A stretch of 40,662 nucleotides of DNA from Minisyncoccota bacterium (GCA_040905715.1 JBBDRA010000004.1:1-40662); one strand, 5' to 3'; positions 16,581 through 26,490 are shown, numbered from the stretch's first letter. Notes: generated from the letters alone by a model not told the origin. Numbers and translations are program-made.

Positions 16581-16850
16581 ATGGTACAACGTAAACAATC
16601 ACAAAAAAAGACTTCCCGAAAAAAGACAGACATGACTGTCAGTGAGCTAGCAAAGGTTGTTTCAAAAGGGTTTAACGCACTTGAAGAGAGGATAGATGAA
16701 ACAGAAGTTCGGTTGAGCCAACAGATCAATGGAATCAATAATCGTCTTGATGACCTCGCTCTAAATCGCGCGACTCGTGATGAGCTTCAGACGGTTAATA
16801 AACGTGTAGATCGAGTTGAGAAGAAAGTTGGATTAAAGTCGAGGCGGTAA
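16581..16850 (+). CDS. Small basic coiled-coil protein, unknown function
   Basis: 89 aa. K/S-rich N-terminus MVQRKQSQKKTSRKK, then heptad-like helices. Embedded in the pentose-phosphate operon. Confidence 0.5.
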   Translation: MVQRKQSQKKTSRKKTDMTVSELAKVVSKGFNALEERIDETEVRLSQQINGINNRLDDLALNRATRDELQTVNKRVDRVEKKVGLKSRR

Positions 16851-16863
16851 TTAATTTTTCCTA

Positions 16864-17733
16864 ATGCACCTTACTGAAGAAAAAATAACCGGTCTTGAAT
16901 TGCAGGCAAACGAGATCCGTAAAGACCTCATTGAGATGCTTCTGGCTTCCGGTTCCGGGCACTCCGCCGGGCCGCTTGGCATGGCTGATATTTTTACAGC
17001 GCTGTACTTCCAGGTTCTCAAACACGACCCGAGTGACCCGGAATGGTCTGACCGTGATAGATTGATCCTTTCAAACGGTCACATTGCGCCTATTCGATAT
17101 GTCACGATGCACCATGCCGGCTACGACATAACAAAAGAAGAGCTCGGCACACTCCGAAAGATCGGTTCAAAACTCGAAGGACACCCTTCATATAAAAGAA
17201 TGCATGCGCTTGAGACTTCGAGTGGTCCGCTTGGAGAAGGTGTTTCACAAGCAGCCGGAATGGCTCACGCAGCGCAGATGGATGGTCGGGAGTACGATTT
17301 TCATGTGTGGTGTCTCACTTCCGACGGCGAGCACGAAGAAGGAATGACTTGGGAGGCGATCATGTACGCTGCGAAATATCGTTTGAATAATCTTACGGTC
17401 ATTATAGATCGAAACAATATTCAGATAGACGGCGTGACCGAGGATATCATGCCGCTTGAGTCGCTTAAGGAAAAATACGAATCGTTCAACTGGACGGTGC
17501 TTGAGATGAACGGGCACGATATGCACGAGATCGTCTCAACACTTGAAGAGGCGAAGGCGATCCAGCAGTCACCGGTGTGTATTATTGCAAATACCGTTCC
17601 AGGAAAAGGAGTGGACTTTATGGAGCAGGACTATAAATGGCACGGCAATCCACCGGACAAAGAGCAGGCTAAGGAGGCCCTGAAGCAGTTGCGCTCACTT
17701 GGAGACAAGATCGAGGCGGCGGATAGTGATTAA
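16864..17733 (+). CDS. Transketolase, N-terminal (TPP-binding) subunit
   Basis: 289 aa. GSGHSAGPLGMADIFTALYF, LSNGH, TSDGEHEEG, IIDRNNIQIDG. Confidence 0.9.
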   Translation: MHLTEEKITGLELQANEIRKDLIEMLLASGSGHSAGPLGMADIFTALYFQVLKHDPSDPEWSDRDRLILSNGHIAPIRYVTMHHAGYDITKEELGTLRKIGSKLEGHPSYKRMHALETSSGPLGEGVSQAAGMAHAAQMDGREYDFHVWCLTSDGEHEEGMTWEAIMYAAKYRLNNLTVIIDRNNIQIDGVTEDIMPLESLKEKYESFNWTVLEMNGHDMHEIVSTLEEAKAIQQSPVCIIANTVPGKGVDFMEQDYKWHGNPPDKEQAKEALKQLRSLGDKIEAADSD

Positions 17734-17746
17734 GAAGTTTTATACC

Positions 17747-18727
17747 ATGGATTACAAACTTGTAGACAATTTATATAGTACTGACATAGAAACCGCCAAA
17801 ATGCGCGACGGGGCCGGGAAGGGCGTGGCTGAGCTTGGTGCAGAGAAAGACGATGTGGTCGTACTTGGCGCCGATACGATGGGCTCGAGTCGGGCAAAGT
17901 ACTTTGCCGAGAAGTTTCCGGAGCGCACGGTGCAGGTCGGCGTTGCTGAACAGAACTTGATCGGGGTGACCGCCGGCTTCGCGTACTACGGCAAGGTGCC
18001 GTACGCTTTTACCTATGCGCCGTTTTTGATCGGCCGGCCGTGGGAGCCGATCCGCACGACACTGTGTTATCCGAATAATCATGCTGTGCTCGTTGCTTCC
18101 CACGCTGGTCTCGCCACCGGTCCGGACGGTCCGACTCATCAGATGACCGAGGACATTGCCTTGACTCGGTGTTTGCCGAACATGACCGTGCTGTGCCCGG
18201 CGGACTACGAGCAGGCTCGCAAGGCGGTCAAGGCGGCGTATGATCTCGAAGGTCCGGTGTACGTACGAACTGCCCGTGAGGGAACTGAAGCGTTCACTAC
18301 TGAAGATACACCGTTTGAGGTTGGCAAAGCCCAGGTTTTGCGTGAGGGAACCGATCTCACTGTTATTGGGAACGGTTATTTGGTGTATCGCTTGCTTCAG
18401 GCGGCTGAACAGCTTACAAGCGAGCTTTCTATAGAGGTTATTAATCTCCACACGATCAAGCCATTCGACAATGACACGGTCATCCGCTCGGCCCGGAAGA
18501 CCGGCAAAGTATTCACAGCAGAGGATCACAATGTAGTTGGTGGTATGGGTTCAGCTGTCGCTGAAGTACTTGCTCATCACGCACCGGTTCCGATCCAGCG
18601 TCACGGAGTCCTTGATATATTCGCTGAGTCAGGTTCAAGCAAAGATCTCTGGAAAAAGTACCAGCTTGATACAGAAGGAGTTGTGCACTCGATCCGTAAT
18701 TTTATTGAGCACGTGTCGCGTCTGTAA
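17747..18727 (+). CDS. Transketolase, C-terminal (pyrimidine-binding) subunit
   Basis: The ORF opens at TTG 17699; ATG 17747 gives MDYKLVD. Motifs: VGVAEQNLIGVTAGFA, SHAGLATGPDGPTHQ, IEVINLHTIKPFD. Confidence 0.9.
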   Translation: MDYKLVDNLYSTDIETAKMRDGAGKGVAELGAEKDDVVVLGADTMGSSRAKYFAEKFPERTVQVGVAEQNLIGVTAGFAYYGKVPYAFTYAPFLIGRPWEPIRTTLCYPNNHAVLVASHAGLATGPDGPTHQMTEDIALTRCLPNMTVLCPADYEQARKAVKAAYDLEGPVYVRTAREGTEAFTTEDTPFEVGKAQVLREGTDLTVIGNGYLVYRLLQAAEQLTSELSIEVINLHTIKPFDNDTVIRSARKTGKVFTAEDHNVVGGMGSAVAEVLAHHAPVPIQRHGVLDIFAESGSSKDLWKKYQLDTEGVVHSIRNFIEHVSRL

Positions 18728-18751
18728 CAGGTATCTTGCAATACAGTTGAG

Positions 18752-18784
18752 AAAAAAAGCACCGCTTTGATGGTGCTGTTTTTC
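18752..18784. terminator. Bidirectional terminator between convergent tkt and the PfkB kinase gene
   Basis: AAAAAAA-AGCACC-GCTTTGAT-GGTGCT-GTTTTT. Confidence 0.6.
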
Positions 18785-18796
18785 TCGTTGCTGAAG

Positions 18797-19810
18797 CTAC
18801 GCGATCTTTTTGGGTTTGTAGTCTTCAGGTGCATTTGCCAGGTGTTCCAGGAGCTGTTCGCGAGACAGGAGGCCTCGTTGCGCGCCGACGTACTGGACAA
18901 CCGACATCGAGTTGATCGGACCCCACTGGAGGGCGGTCGGAATATCGTTGCCAAGACCAAGCGCGGCAGTGAACGTTGAAGAGAATGCGTCACCGGCACC
19001 GGTTCGGTCGACCGGCGGTTTTGGGTCAGGATACATTGGTTGCCACCAGGCGTTTTTTCCATCATAGGCGTATGAGCCCTCCGGGCCGTCGGTGATAACC
19101 GCAATATCAGGACCTAGTTCATGCATTTTTTGAAGTAGGACGATCATTTCGTGTTTTTCGCTTTCCGGTATTTCAAGGATTCGCTTTGCTTCTTCGCGGT
19201 TACAGAAGAAGAGTTGGGAGCGCTCGTAGAGTCGCTTAAGCTTGTCTTTACCGAGTATCATCTGAAAGGTTCCCGGCTGGAACGAGAGATGGATCTCAGG
19301 ATGTTCATCAAGATAATCAGCGATCTTCTCATGGTACGGATAGGAATTTTCTGCCAGAGATGAAAGATACAGCCATTTAGGTGAGCCGATGTCGGGAAGT
19401 TTGTAATCGTACTCCTGGTGCTTTACCAGAATCGTTCGCTCAGCTTCGTACCAGAGGACGAAGTGGTAATTAGTCTCTTCGCCTTCGTGAACAGTGACGA
19501 ATGAGTCATCAACACCGTTACGTTTAAGGGTGGCGACACATTCATGACCGTTCGTGTCATCGCCGACGTCTGTAACGAGGCCTGAGTTCAAACCGAGACG
19601 TGTTGCAGATACCGCGGCGTTCGGGCTGTTGCCGACTGCTCGCAGGTCAGTCGTTGATTCGTACGGAACTTTGTCGCCAAAGTTAAAACAGAGCTTTTTA
19701 TGTTCTTTGCTAAAGCGCTCAGCGATGCTTTCGTTGGTGAGCTTGATGAAATTGTCAGTAACAATGTCGCCAAGGGCTAGAAAATCAAGTGTGTGAGGAG
19801 CTTCACTCAT
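18797..19810 (-). CDS. PfkB-family carbohydrate/nucleoside kinase
   Basis: The ORF opens at TTG 19816; the ATG is at 19810. Motifs: FLALGDIVTD, GNSPNAA, DRTGAGDAFSSTFTAAL. Confidence 0.75.
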   Translation of the reverse strand: MSEAPHTLDFLALGDIVTDNFIKLTNESIAERFSKEHKKLCFNFGDKVPYESTTDLRAVGNSPNAAVSATRLGLNSGLVTDVGDDTNGHECVATLKRNGVDDSFVTVHEGEETNYHFVLWYEAERTILVKHQEYDYKLPDIGSPKWLYLSSLAENSYPYHEKIADYLDEHPEIHLSFQPGTFQMILGKDKLKRLYERSQLFFCNREEAKRILEIPESEKHEMIVLLQKMHELGPDIAVITDGPEGSYAYDGKNAWWQPMYPDPKPPVDRTGAGDAFSSTFTAALGLGNDIPTALQWGPINSMSVVQYVGAQRGLLSREQLLEHLANAPEDYKPKKIA

Positions 19811-19974
19811 AAACAACTAATACGTTAAATTATTATTATTTCAGTATACCACTTCACCATTTTTTTGAGTGTGAATAGTGTGGCCGGTAGGATGGTGCGA
19901 CTGACCCTGAAGTTTTTTGGTCTGTTTCTGCTTGGTCATTGCCGGGTGGGTTGTGTTTTGTCCCAAGCTGTGTT

Positions 19975-19980
19975 TATAAT
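19975..19980 (+). promoter_or_regulatory. -10 box TATAAT 8 nt upstream of the rplY ATG
   Basis: Read directly. TTGTGT lies 18 nt upstream. No SD. Confidence 0.4.
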
Positions 19981-19988
19981 AGGCCTCT

Positions 19989-20675
19989 ATGATAACGCTT
20001 AAAACACAACTCCGGGACACGGCGAAAAATCCTGATTCATTTCGGGCACAAGGTTTAGTGCCGGCTGTATATTACGGAAAGAAAGAGAAGGCAACTCCCA
20101 TTATGATCGAGAAGTCAGAATTCATTCGTGCTTGGCGAGAAGCCGGAGAGTCAACAGTAGTTTCACTGGAAGATCCGGATAAAGGGGACAGTATCGATAC
20201 GCTGATCTACGATGTTCAGCTTGATCCGGTAACTGACGCGCCTATCCACGCTGATTTTTATGTATTCGAACGCGGAAAGCCGATCGAGGTCAGTGTGTCA
20301 CTCGAATTCGTTGGTGAGGCTCCTGCGGTCAAAGAGCTCGGCGGTATGATGGTGAAAGTACTTCACGAGCTAGAGATCAGTGCGCTACCCAAAAACCTGC
20401 CAAGTCATATTGATGTGGATGTTTCATTACTCAATGATTTTGAAAGCCAGATCGCCGCACAGGATATCGCGCTTCCGGAAGGAGTTGAGTTGGTAACTGA
20501 CCCTGAAGAGGTTGTTGTACTGGTTAATGAGCCGCGAGAGGAAGAGCCAGAAGAGCCGGCTGAGAGTGAGATGTCACTTGATGATATTGAGGTTGAAGGC
20601 AAGGGCAAGGAGGAGGAAGCTGATGGCGCCGAAGAAGGCGAAGAGAAGGGTGAGAAATCCGGAGACAAGGAGTAG
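19989..20675 (+). CDS. rplY: Ribosomal protein L25 (Ctc form) with acidic C-terminal tail
   Basis: 228 aa. GLVPAVYYG, DVQLDPVTDAPIHADF, VSLEFVGEAPAVKELGG; tail EEEPEEPAESE...EEGEEKGEKSGDKE. Confidence 0.85.
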   Translation: MITLKTQLRDTAKNPDSFRAQGLVPAVYYGKKEKATPIMIEKSEFIRAWREAGESTVVSLEDPDKGDSIDTLIYDVQLDPVTDAPIHADFYVFERGKPIEVSVSLEFVGEAPAVKELGGMMVKVLHELEISALPKNLPSHIDVDVSLLNDFESQIAAQDIALPEGVELVTDPEEVVVLVNEPREEEPEEPAESEMSLDDIEVEGKGKEEEADGAEEGEEKGEKSGDKE

Positions 20676-20684
20676 ACAGTTTCC

Positions 20685-20709
20685 GGTAGACCCTCTACCA
20701 AACTTTTTG
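20685..20709 (+). terminator. Small hairpin plus T-run after rplY
   Basis: GGTAGA-CCC-TCTACC then AAACTTTTTGG. Confidence 0.35.
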
Positions 20710-20796
20710 GCAGACTTTTGTCAGGAACTCGCTTTTTTTTCTTGCTATTTCTCTTGCTATTTTTTAGCATTCTCCTGTGGTATTATAGGCCGTGTA

Positions 20797-22170
20797 ATGA
20801 AGACACGGCCTTTGTTGTATTTGGGAGCATATCATTTAGCACTGCTCGGCATAGTCGCTGGTGCAGTTTTGGTTATAGGTGTAGCCGGCCAAACCTGGAT
20901 AAATGAAGTAAATGCTCAGGAAAGCATTGAGGAGCGCAAAGTGCGACTCCGTAATGAGCTGGATCAGGTTGAAAAGGAGATACAGCAGCAACAGCAAGCA
21001 CTCAATAAAACACGCGCTGAATCGTCGTCGATCGAGCGCGACATCTCTATTCTAGAAGGAGAGATCAATCAAGCACAGCTTGAGATCCGCCGGATGGAGA
21101 TCACGATCGAACAGCTTGGTAAGGATATAACGAATCGCACTCTTACGATCGAGGAACTTGATGAGAAGATCTCTCGGAGTAAAGAATCACTCGGGCAGCT
21201 CATGCGTGAGACGGATGAAATGGACAGCCTGTCGCTCATAGAAGTGCTTTTAGCGCACGAGAATTTGACTGATTTTTTTGTGCAGCTTGATGACTTTGAT
21301 TCGATCCGATCAGCATTAGATGTGTCGCTGGATGATATACGAGACCTCCAGCAGCAAAACAGGGAAGAGCGTCAACAGCTTTCAGGAGAACGTGACGAGG
21401 TCAGTAACGCACGGGCGGCTATCGAGGCGCAGAAAAATAAGATCCTGGCGAACCAGTCAGAGTTAGAGCGATTGTTGTCCATTAAACGAGGAGAAGAGCA
21501 AACCTATGAATCGGTCATCGCGGAAAGAGAAAGGCGGGCAAATGAGATCCGCAGCGCACTGTTCGCGCTTCGAGACTCGGCGGCTATACCGTTTGGCCGA
21601 GCACTGACACTTGCAAACCAGGCTCAGCAGGTGACCGGCGTTCGACCCGCGTTCCTGCTTGCGATCATTCAGCAGGAATCCGAGCTTGGTCAGAATGTAG
21701 GAACCTGCAATCGACCGGGTGATTCTCAAACGTGGCGTGATATTATGCCCGGGCCAAATGACAACTCATGGCGAGATGACCAAACGAACTTTCAGAAAAT
21801 AACGTCCGACCTAGGGATAAGTCCTGACGGCGTGCCACTTTCGTGTCCGTGGGGGAATGGTTGGGGTGGCGCGATGGGTCCGGCACAGTTCATACCGACC
21901 ACGTGGCTTGAGTACGCGCCACGTATTAGGGCGGCAACCGGTGCTACTCCTGACCCGTGGGAGCCCTCACACGCCTTTATGGCCTCCTCCCTTTACCTTA
22001 GTGATCTTGGCGCAGGAGCAGGGACGTACACCGCAGAGCGAACAGCTGCGCTTAAATACTATGCCGGAAGCAATTGGAATAATCCGAAAAATGCTTTTTA
22101 TGGAGATCAAGTAATGAATAAAGTGCAAGATATCCAGCAGAATATGATCGATCCGTTGCAAAATAACTAG
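20797..22170 (+). CDS. Membrane-anchored coiled-coil protein with C-terminal lytic-transglycosylase-like domain
   Basis: The ORF opens at 20512 overlapping rplY; ATG 20797 gives [32 protein letters not shown] long coiled coil follows, then [18 protein letters not shown] and [13 protein letters not shown]. Confidence 0.65.
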   Translation: MKTRPLLYLGAYHLALLGIVAGAVLVIGVAGQTWINEVNAQESIEERKVRLRNELDQVEKEIQQQQQALNKTRAESSSIERDISILEGEINQAQLEIRRMEITIEQLGKDITNRTLTIEELDEKISRSKESLGQLMRETDEMDSLSLIEVLLAHENLTDFFVQLDDFDSIRSALDVSLDDIRDLQQQNREERQQLSGERDEVSNARAAIEAQKNKILANQSELERLLSIKRGEEQTYESVIAERERRANEIRSALFALRDSAAIPFGRALTLANQAQQVTGVRPAFLLAIIQQESELGQNVGTCNRPGDSQTWRDIMPGPNDNSWRDDQTNFQKITSDLGISPDGVPLSCPWGNGWGGAMGPAQFIPTTWLEYAPRIRAATGATPDPWEPSHAFMASSLYLSDLGAGAGTYTAERTAALKYYAGSNWNNPKNAFYGDQVMNKVQDIQQNMIDPLQNN

Positions 22171-22214
22171 GTTTTGTTGCGATTGTAATAATAATGTGCT
22201 ACATTTTGAAAACT

Positions 22215-22571
22215 ATGAAAAATGAAATTCACCCAGACAACTACCGTCTCGTCATTTTCAAAGACACCTCAAGCGGTGAGCGTTTTTTGGTTGGTTCTAC
22301 AGTAGAGACGACCGAAACCGATACATGGGAAGATGGCAAAGAGTACCCATTCTACGAGATCGAGATCTCAAGCGCGTCACACCCTTTCTATACCGGACAG
22401 GACAAGGTTCTTGATACAACCGGACGAGTTGAACGGTTCAAGCAGCGCCGAGAAAAAGCGCAGGCTTCTGCCTCATCTGCAAAAAAGAAAGCTAAGAAAG
22501 AAGAGAAGAAAGAGGCAACATCAAGCAGCAGTGAAGGTAGTATCTCCATTGATGTTGACGCACAATCATAA
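22215..22571 (+). CDS. rpmE: Ribosomal protein L31, type B (no CxxC), with K-rich C-terminal tail
   Basis: [30 protein letters not shown]; tail [15 protein letters not shown]. Confidence 0.85.
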   Translation: MKNEIHPDNYRLVIFKDTSSGERFLVGSTVETTETDTWEDGKEYPFYEIEISSASHPFYTGQDKVLDTTGRVERFKQRREKAQASASSAKKKAKKEEKKEATSSSSEGSISIDVDAQS

Positions 22572-22643
22572 CGACCGCTAGCTCACAGCCGCTTTTCAGT
22601 ATATTAGGCGGTTGTATCAGGCTGTGCCTATACGATCTGACTT

Positions 22644-23600
22644 ATGGATCTTGCACCCTATAAAGACAATCACAAAACAAGTTATTTCGCCTCTATTTAT
22701 GAAAAGCTAGAGAAGGAAGAGAAAGAACTCATTGCAATGAGCGAAGGCGATGAATCCATGCGTGATCTTGCCAAAGAGGAACTCACCTCGATCCGTGAGC
22801 AAAAAGAACAGGTAAAGAAGCAGATGGATGAGATCCTCGAGGCAGACAAGAAGGAGGAAGATCTGCCGAACGAGTTAATGCTCGAGGTTCGTGCCGGTGC
22901 AGGTGGAGATGAAGCGTCTTTATTTGCGCGGGAATTGGCAGAAATGTATCAAGGATATGCGACACTACAGGGTTGGAAGGTGAACCCGATCGATATTTCT
23001 GAGAGCGCCCTTGGCGGATATAAAGAGGCGAGTTTTCAAATAAACGGCAAAGGGTGTTTCGAGGCACTTCGATTCGAGACCGGTGTGCATCGTGTTCAAC
23101 GTATACCAAGCACGGAGAAGAATGGGCGTACACACACATCTACCGCGTCGGTCGCAGTGCTGCCGATCCGGCCGAAGAAGACCGTTGAGATAAATCCGGC
23201 GGATCTTGAAATTGATTTCTCTCGCTCCGGCGGCGCCGGGGGTCAGAATGTAAACAAAGTAGAGACCGCTGTGCGAGTAGTGCATAAGCCGACTGGCATT
23301 ACTATCCGCTCGACCGCGGAGCGTAGCCAGGCTGCAAACCGCGAACGAGCCATGCAGGCACTTCAGGCGAAGCTCGAAGCCCAACAAGAAGAAGCTGAGG
23401 CCGAGTCTCTTTCCTCTGAGCGATCAGGTCAGATCGGTACCGGAGACCGTTCAGAGAAGATACGTACCTATAATATTCCGCAGGATCGCATTACTGACCA
23501 TCGAATCAAAAAAAGTTGGTCGAATGTCGAAGGTAAATTAAGCGGAGAGTATCTTTCAGAGATCATCGATGATGTTCAGCAGGGGTTTGACCAAGAATAA
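22644..23600 (+). CDS. prfA: Peptide chain release factor 1 (short N-terminal domain)
   Basis: 318 aa. [14 protein letters not shown] aligns to the RF1 PxT recognition loop. Also [17 protein letters not shown] (GGQ) and [13 protein letters not shown]. Confidence 0.88.
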   Translation: MDLAPYKDNHKTSYFASIYEKLEKEEKELIAMSEGDESMRDLAKEELTSIREQKEQVKKQMDEILEADKKEEDLPNELMLEVRAGAGGDEASLFARELAEMYQGYATLQGWKVNPIDISESALGGYKEASFQINGKGCFEALRFETGVHRVQRIPSTEKNGRTHTSTASVAVLPIRPKKTVEINPADLEIDFSRSGGAGGQNVNKVETAVRVVHKPTGITIRSTAERSQAANRERAMQALQAKLEAQQEEAEAESLSSERSGQIGTGDRSEKIRTYNIPQDRITDHRIKKSWSNVEGKLSGEYLSEIIDDVQQGFDQE

Positions 23601-23677
23601 TTAATTGACAGGTTGCAGGTTTTTCTAAGCTAATGAAGATTGCAAAGCTTTGCGATGTGTGATAACTTTTCTCTATT

Positions 23678-24457
23678 ATGACAGCTAAAACAGACACATC
23701 AACTGACGTGATCAAGGAGCTCTTTTCGGTCGGAGCTCATTTAGGATATCGGAAGGCACGTCGTCACCCGAGCATGAAGCGGTATGTTTATGGTGTAAAA
23801 GATAATCAAGAGATAATCAACCTTGAGCATACAAAGCAATCCATTGAGGACGCACAGGCATTCCTTAAAGATATTGCTGCCAAAGGAGGAATGATCCAAT
23901 TTCTTGGTGGAAAGAAAGAATCACAAGAAGCGGTAGAGCGTGTTGCCAAGGAGGTAGCCATGCCCTACGTACTTGGCCGTTGGATCGGTGGGACGTTTAC
24001 GAACTTTGCCCAGATCCGTCGTCAGGTTGATAAGCTTATACGTTTGCGTGATGAGCGCGAGAAGGGCGATCTGGAAAAATATACAAAACGAGAGCAGTTG
24101 ACGTTTGATCGTGAGATCGTTGATCTCGAAAAGTTTTACGGTGGAATGACCGAACTTACTAAATTACCGAGTGTTTTGGTCGTTATTGATCCAACCCAGG
24201 AACAAATAGCCGTCGACGAGGCGCTGCATGTAGGCGTGCCTATTGTTGCGCTTGCAAATACTGATTGCAATATCTCAGAAGTTGATCATGCTATTCCTTG
24301 CAACGACCATTCAAAATCAACTATTAACCTGATCATTGGTTTGCTCGGAGACGCCATAAAGGAAGGTCAGGCACAAGCTGCAGAGAATAACCCAAAGGCA
24401 AATGCAGATGAGGGCGAAAAGGCTCCGGCTAAGCGCCACAAAGTAGCAGCTGCCTAA
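23678..24457 (+). CDS. rpsB: Ribosomal protein S2
   Basis: 259 aa. GAHLGYRKARRHPSMKRYVYG, RWIGGTFTNF, PIVALANTDC. Confidence 0.92.
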   Translation: MTAKTDTSTDVIKELFSVGAHLGYRKARRHPSMKRYVYGVKDNQEIINLEHTKQSIEDAQAFLKDIAAKGGMIQFLGGKKESQEAVERVAKEVAMPYVLGRWIGGTFTNFAQIRRQVDKLIRLRDEREKGDLEKYTKREQLTFDREIVDLEKFYGGMTELTKLPSVLVVIDPTQEQIAVDEALHVGVPIVALANTDCNISEVDHAIPCNDHSKSTINLIIGLLGDAIKEGQAQAAENNPKANADEGEKAPAKRHKVAAA

Positions 24458-24512
24458 AGTAGGTTGCGCGAGAAAAAAGATCTTATCAGACGTCATAACG
24501 AATACGTACTTT

Positions 24513-25100
24513 ATGAGTGATATCAAGACAGAAGATGTAAAAGCACTTCGGATAGAAACCGGGGTATCTATCATGCAGTGTAAGAAGGCGCTTGAGGAGG
24601 CTGAAGGCGACGCAGAGAAGGCGAAAGTGATCCTTCAGAGAAAAAGTAAAGAAGCTGCGGCAAAGAAATCTGAGCGTGAACTTGCTGCGGGTGTGGTTCA
24701 GGCATACATTCACAACACGAACACGGTTGGCGCTATTGTTGAGTTGTCTTGCGAGACTGACTTTGTTGCAAACAACGAGGAATTCAAGCAGCTTGCATAC
24801 GATATTGCAATGCACATAACAGCTGAGAACCCGCAGTACATTAAGAAAGAGGAGATACCTGCAGAGGAGCGAACGCAAGTAGAGGAAGCGATCAAACCTG
24901 AGCTGGAGGGGACCCCGACCGAGAAGCATGAGCAGATCATGCAGGGTAAATTAGATGCACACTTCAAGGGAAGTGTTTTGATGGAGCAGCCATTTGTTAA
25001 GAATCCTGATCAAACGATCGGTAATCTTGTCGAGGCGGCGGTTCAGAAGTTCGGAGAGAATATTGACGTTACTCGCTTCACGCGCTTTTCGATCAAGTAG
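24513..25100 (+). CDS. tsf: Elongation factor Ts (short form)
   Basis: 195 aa. VKALRIETGVSIMQCKKALEEAEGDAEKA, ELSCETDFVANNEEF. Confidence 0.92.
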   Translation: MSDIKTEDVKALRIETGVSIMQCKKALEEAEGDAEKAKVILQRKSKEAAAKKSERELAAGVVQAYIHNTNTVGAIVELSCETDFVANNEEFKQLAYDIAMHITAENPQYIKKEEIPAEERTQVEEAIKPELEGTPTEKHEQIMQGKLDAHFKGSVLMEQPFVKNPDQTIGNLVEAAVQKFGENIDVTRFTRFSIK

Positions 25101-25160
25101 CAGTGTGCTGACAGGTGACGGCGTTGCCTGTATGAAGCGAGCAAGCATCACGATCTTGTT

Positions 25161-25553
25161 ATGACGACATTATCTCTTATATCCACAGTTCTCCTTTTTG
25201 TATCTATACTCGGTATTACCGGTATGATCTGGAGGCAGTGGCACGAAGCTCAACGTCTCCAGGAAAGAGGGCGTTTTAGAAGTTTAGTGGGTGTATTGGA
25301 TAATGCTGTGTTAACATGTCTTTACCGCTCAGGAAGACTCACTCATCGTTTGTCTCGGCGGGTAGAGAGAGGCGTGTTCGGGTATTTACCGGAGTTATTG
25401 CTTGAGTTTACGGTTACGGGATGTTACAAGTGTTATATTCAGTATATGCATTTAGTTGTGACCCTGCGTGGACACAAGGTGCGTCGTGAGCGACGGATGC
25501 AGAAAGAAGCTTCGCCGTATATGCGGGCACTGAATTCGAAGAGTTCGAAGTAA
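25161..25553 (+). CDS. Hypothetical membrane-anchored basic protein
   Basis: 130-aa ORF. N-terminal TM LSLISTVLLFVSILGITGMIW. No recognisable domain. Confidence 0.45.
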   Translation: MTTLSLISTVLLFVSILGITGMIWRQWHEAQRLQERGRFRSLVGVLDNAVLTCLYRSGRLTHRLSRRVERGVFGYLPELLLEFTVTGCYKCYIQYMHLVVTLRGHKVRRERRMQKEASPYMRALNSKSSK

Positions 25554-25560
25554 AAGATCA

Positions 25561-25633
25561 GCCACCTTAGCTCAGTTGGTAGAGCAACGGTTTTGTAAAC
25601 CGTAGGTCGTCAGTTCGAATCTGACAGGTGGCT
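25561..25633 (+). tRNA. tRNA-Thr (anticodon UGU), CCA not encoded
   Basis: Cloverleaf folded by hand: acceptor GCCACCT/AGGTGGC, D arm GCTC-AGTTGGTA-GAGC, anticodon arm ACGGT-TTTGTAA-ACCGT, variable AGGTC, T arm GTCAG-TTCGAAT-CTGAC. Confidence 0.9.
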
Positions 25634-25670
25634 CACGAGCTTAACAATTCAGTTAGTAAATAGTACAGAA

Positions 25671-25699
25671 ACCTATGCAACACCGGGTGTTGCATAGGT
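25671..25699. repeat. 29-nt perfect palindrome (REP-like), copy 1
   Basis: ACCTATGCAACACC-G-GGTGTTGCATAGGT. Confidence 0.95.
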
Positions 25700-25710
25700 T
25701 GGTGGATGCT

Positions 25711-26364
25711 TTATTCAAAGCCGGTTTTTGCAGGGCTCGTGTTTACAAAGTCGACGTAGTTAGTCGAATCTTTGAATTGATCAAGTAGTACAGCTTGATC
25801 CAACAAAGGTCCCCATCGGTTTAAAGATGTATAGTCAGGGAAACTCGACCATTCGTATCGATGCTCCTTTCCCGCCCATCCTTTTAGTTCTCTAGGGTTT
25901 CGGTGAATATATGCTGAGGCGTGAAGAAGTTGTGTGTTTGAGCTAATGTGTTGGGCTTGGAATTCTTTTTCAAATAGGTGGCCGGATCTATCATATTTCG
26001 TATTAAAGTATTTAGCATAACTGTTCAAAACTCGTTTCATATACTGGCTAATGCCACCGTCTTCCAGTTGTTGTAAAATCATGTGAAAATGGTTTGGCAT
26101 AATACAAAAGGCAACGAGACTCACAGCTCTGTTAGTGGCTATGTCATCTGCAATTGGTTGGGTAATGCCAAATGATCTTGTTTTGATGTATCGCAATGAT
26201 AGGAGAGAAGGATTAGAAATACGTTTAAGCGACTGGCTTGCCAGGATCGGCAGTAAGAATCTGGCTTTGTCTCCATTCAATTCAAATATGGGTTGTTTAT
26301 TGATGCCGCGTTGATATACGTGGTAGAACTCATGTGTCGCAAGAGGAACTTCTCGAATAGCCAT
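25711..26364 (-). CDS. REP-associated tyrosine transposase (RayT-like, Y1/HUH)
   Basis: 217 aa from ATG 26364. The track ORF extends to 26706, but that extension only translates the palindrome and antisense pheS. Motifs: FYHVYQRG, HUH motif IMPNHFHMIL, catalytic-Tyr region AYIHRNP, YEWSSFPDY. Confidence 0.8.
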   Translation of the reverse strand: MAIREVPLATHEFYHVYQRGINKQPIFELNGDKARFLLPILASQSLKRISNPSLLSLRYIKTRSFGITQPIADDIATNRAVSLVAFCIMPNHFHMILQQLEDGGISQYMKRVLNSYAKYFNTKYDRSGHLFEKEFQAQHISSNTQLLHASAYIHRNPRELKGWAGKEHRYEWSSFPDYTSLNRWGPLLDQAVLLDQFKDSTNYVDFVNTSPAKTGFE

Positions 26365-26391
26365 ATGTTTTTTAATTTTAACATCTTTGTC

Positions 26392-26420
26392 ACCTATGCA
26401 ACACCCGGTGTTGCATAGGT
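26392..26420. repeat. 29-nt perfect palindrome (REP-like), copy 2, inverted relative to copy 1
   Basis: ACCTATGCAACACC-C-GGTGTTGCATAGGT; the central base is the complement of copy 1. Confidence 0.95.
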
Positions 26421-26448
26421 ACAGGTACGCTCTATGCGATTCACCAAT

Positions 26449-26471
26449 GCGGTTCACCAAACCGCTTTTTT
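26449..26471 (+). terminator. Rho-independent terminator insulating pheS from the mobile unit
   Basis: GCGGTT-CACCA-AACCGC followed by TTTTTT. Confidence 0.6.
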
Positions 26472-26474
26472 CTG

Positions 26475-26480
26475 TATAAT
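26475..26480 (+). promoter_or_regulatory. -10 box TATAAT 10 nt upstream of the pheS ATG
   Basis: Read directly. No SD. Confidence 0.4.
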
Positions 26481-26490
26481 AAAGCCTATT

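Larger units (their letters stand above)
25671..26420 (-). mobile_element. REP/RAYT-like unit (IS200/IS605-superfamily Y1 transposase gene bracketed by identical palindromes)
   Basis: A 750-bp unit bounded by two 29-nt perfect palindromes, lying between tRNA-Thr and pheS. Confidence 0.7.

Noticed and set aside
20512-20796. Upstream extension of the lytic-transglycosylase ORF overlapping rplY
   Set aside because: It is an out-of-frame read of the acidic tail codons of rplY. ATG 20797 gives a proper N-terminal membrane anchor.
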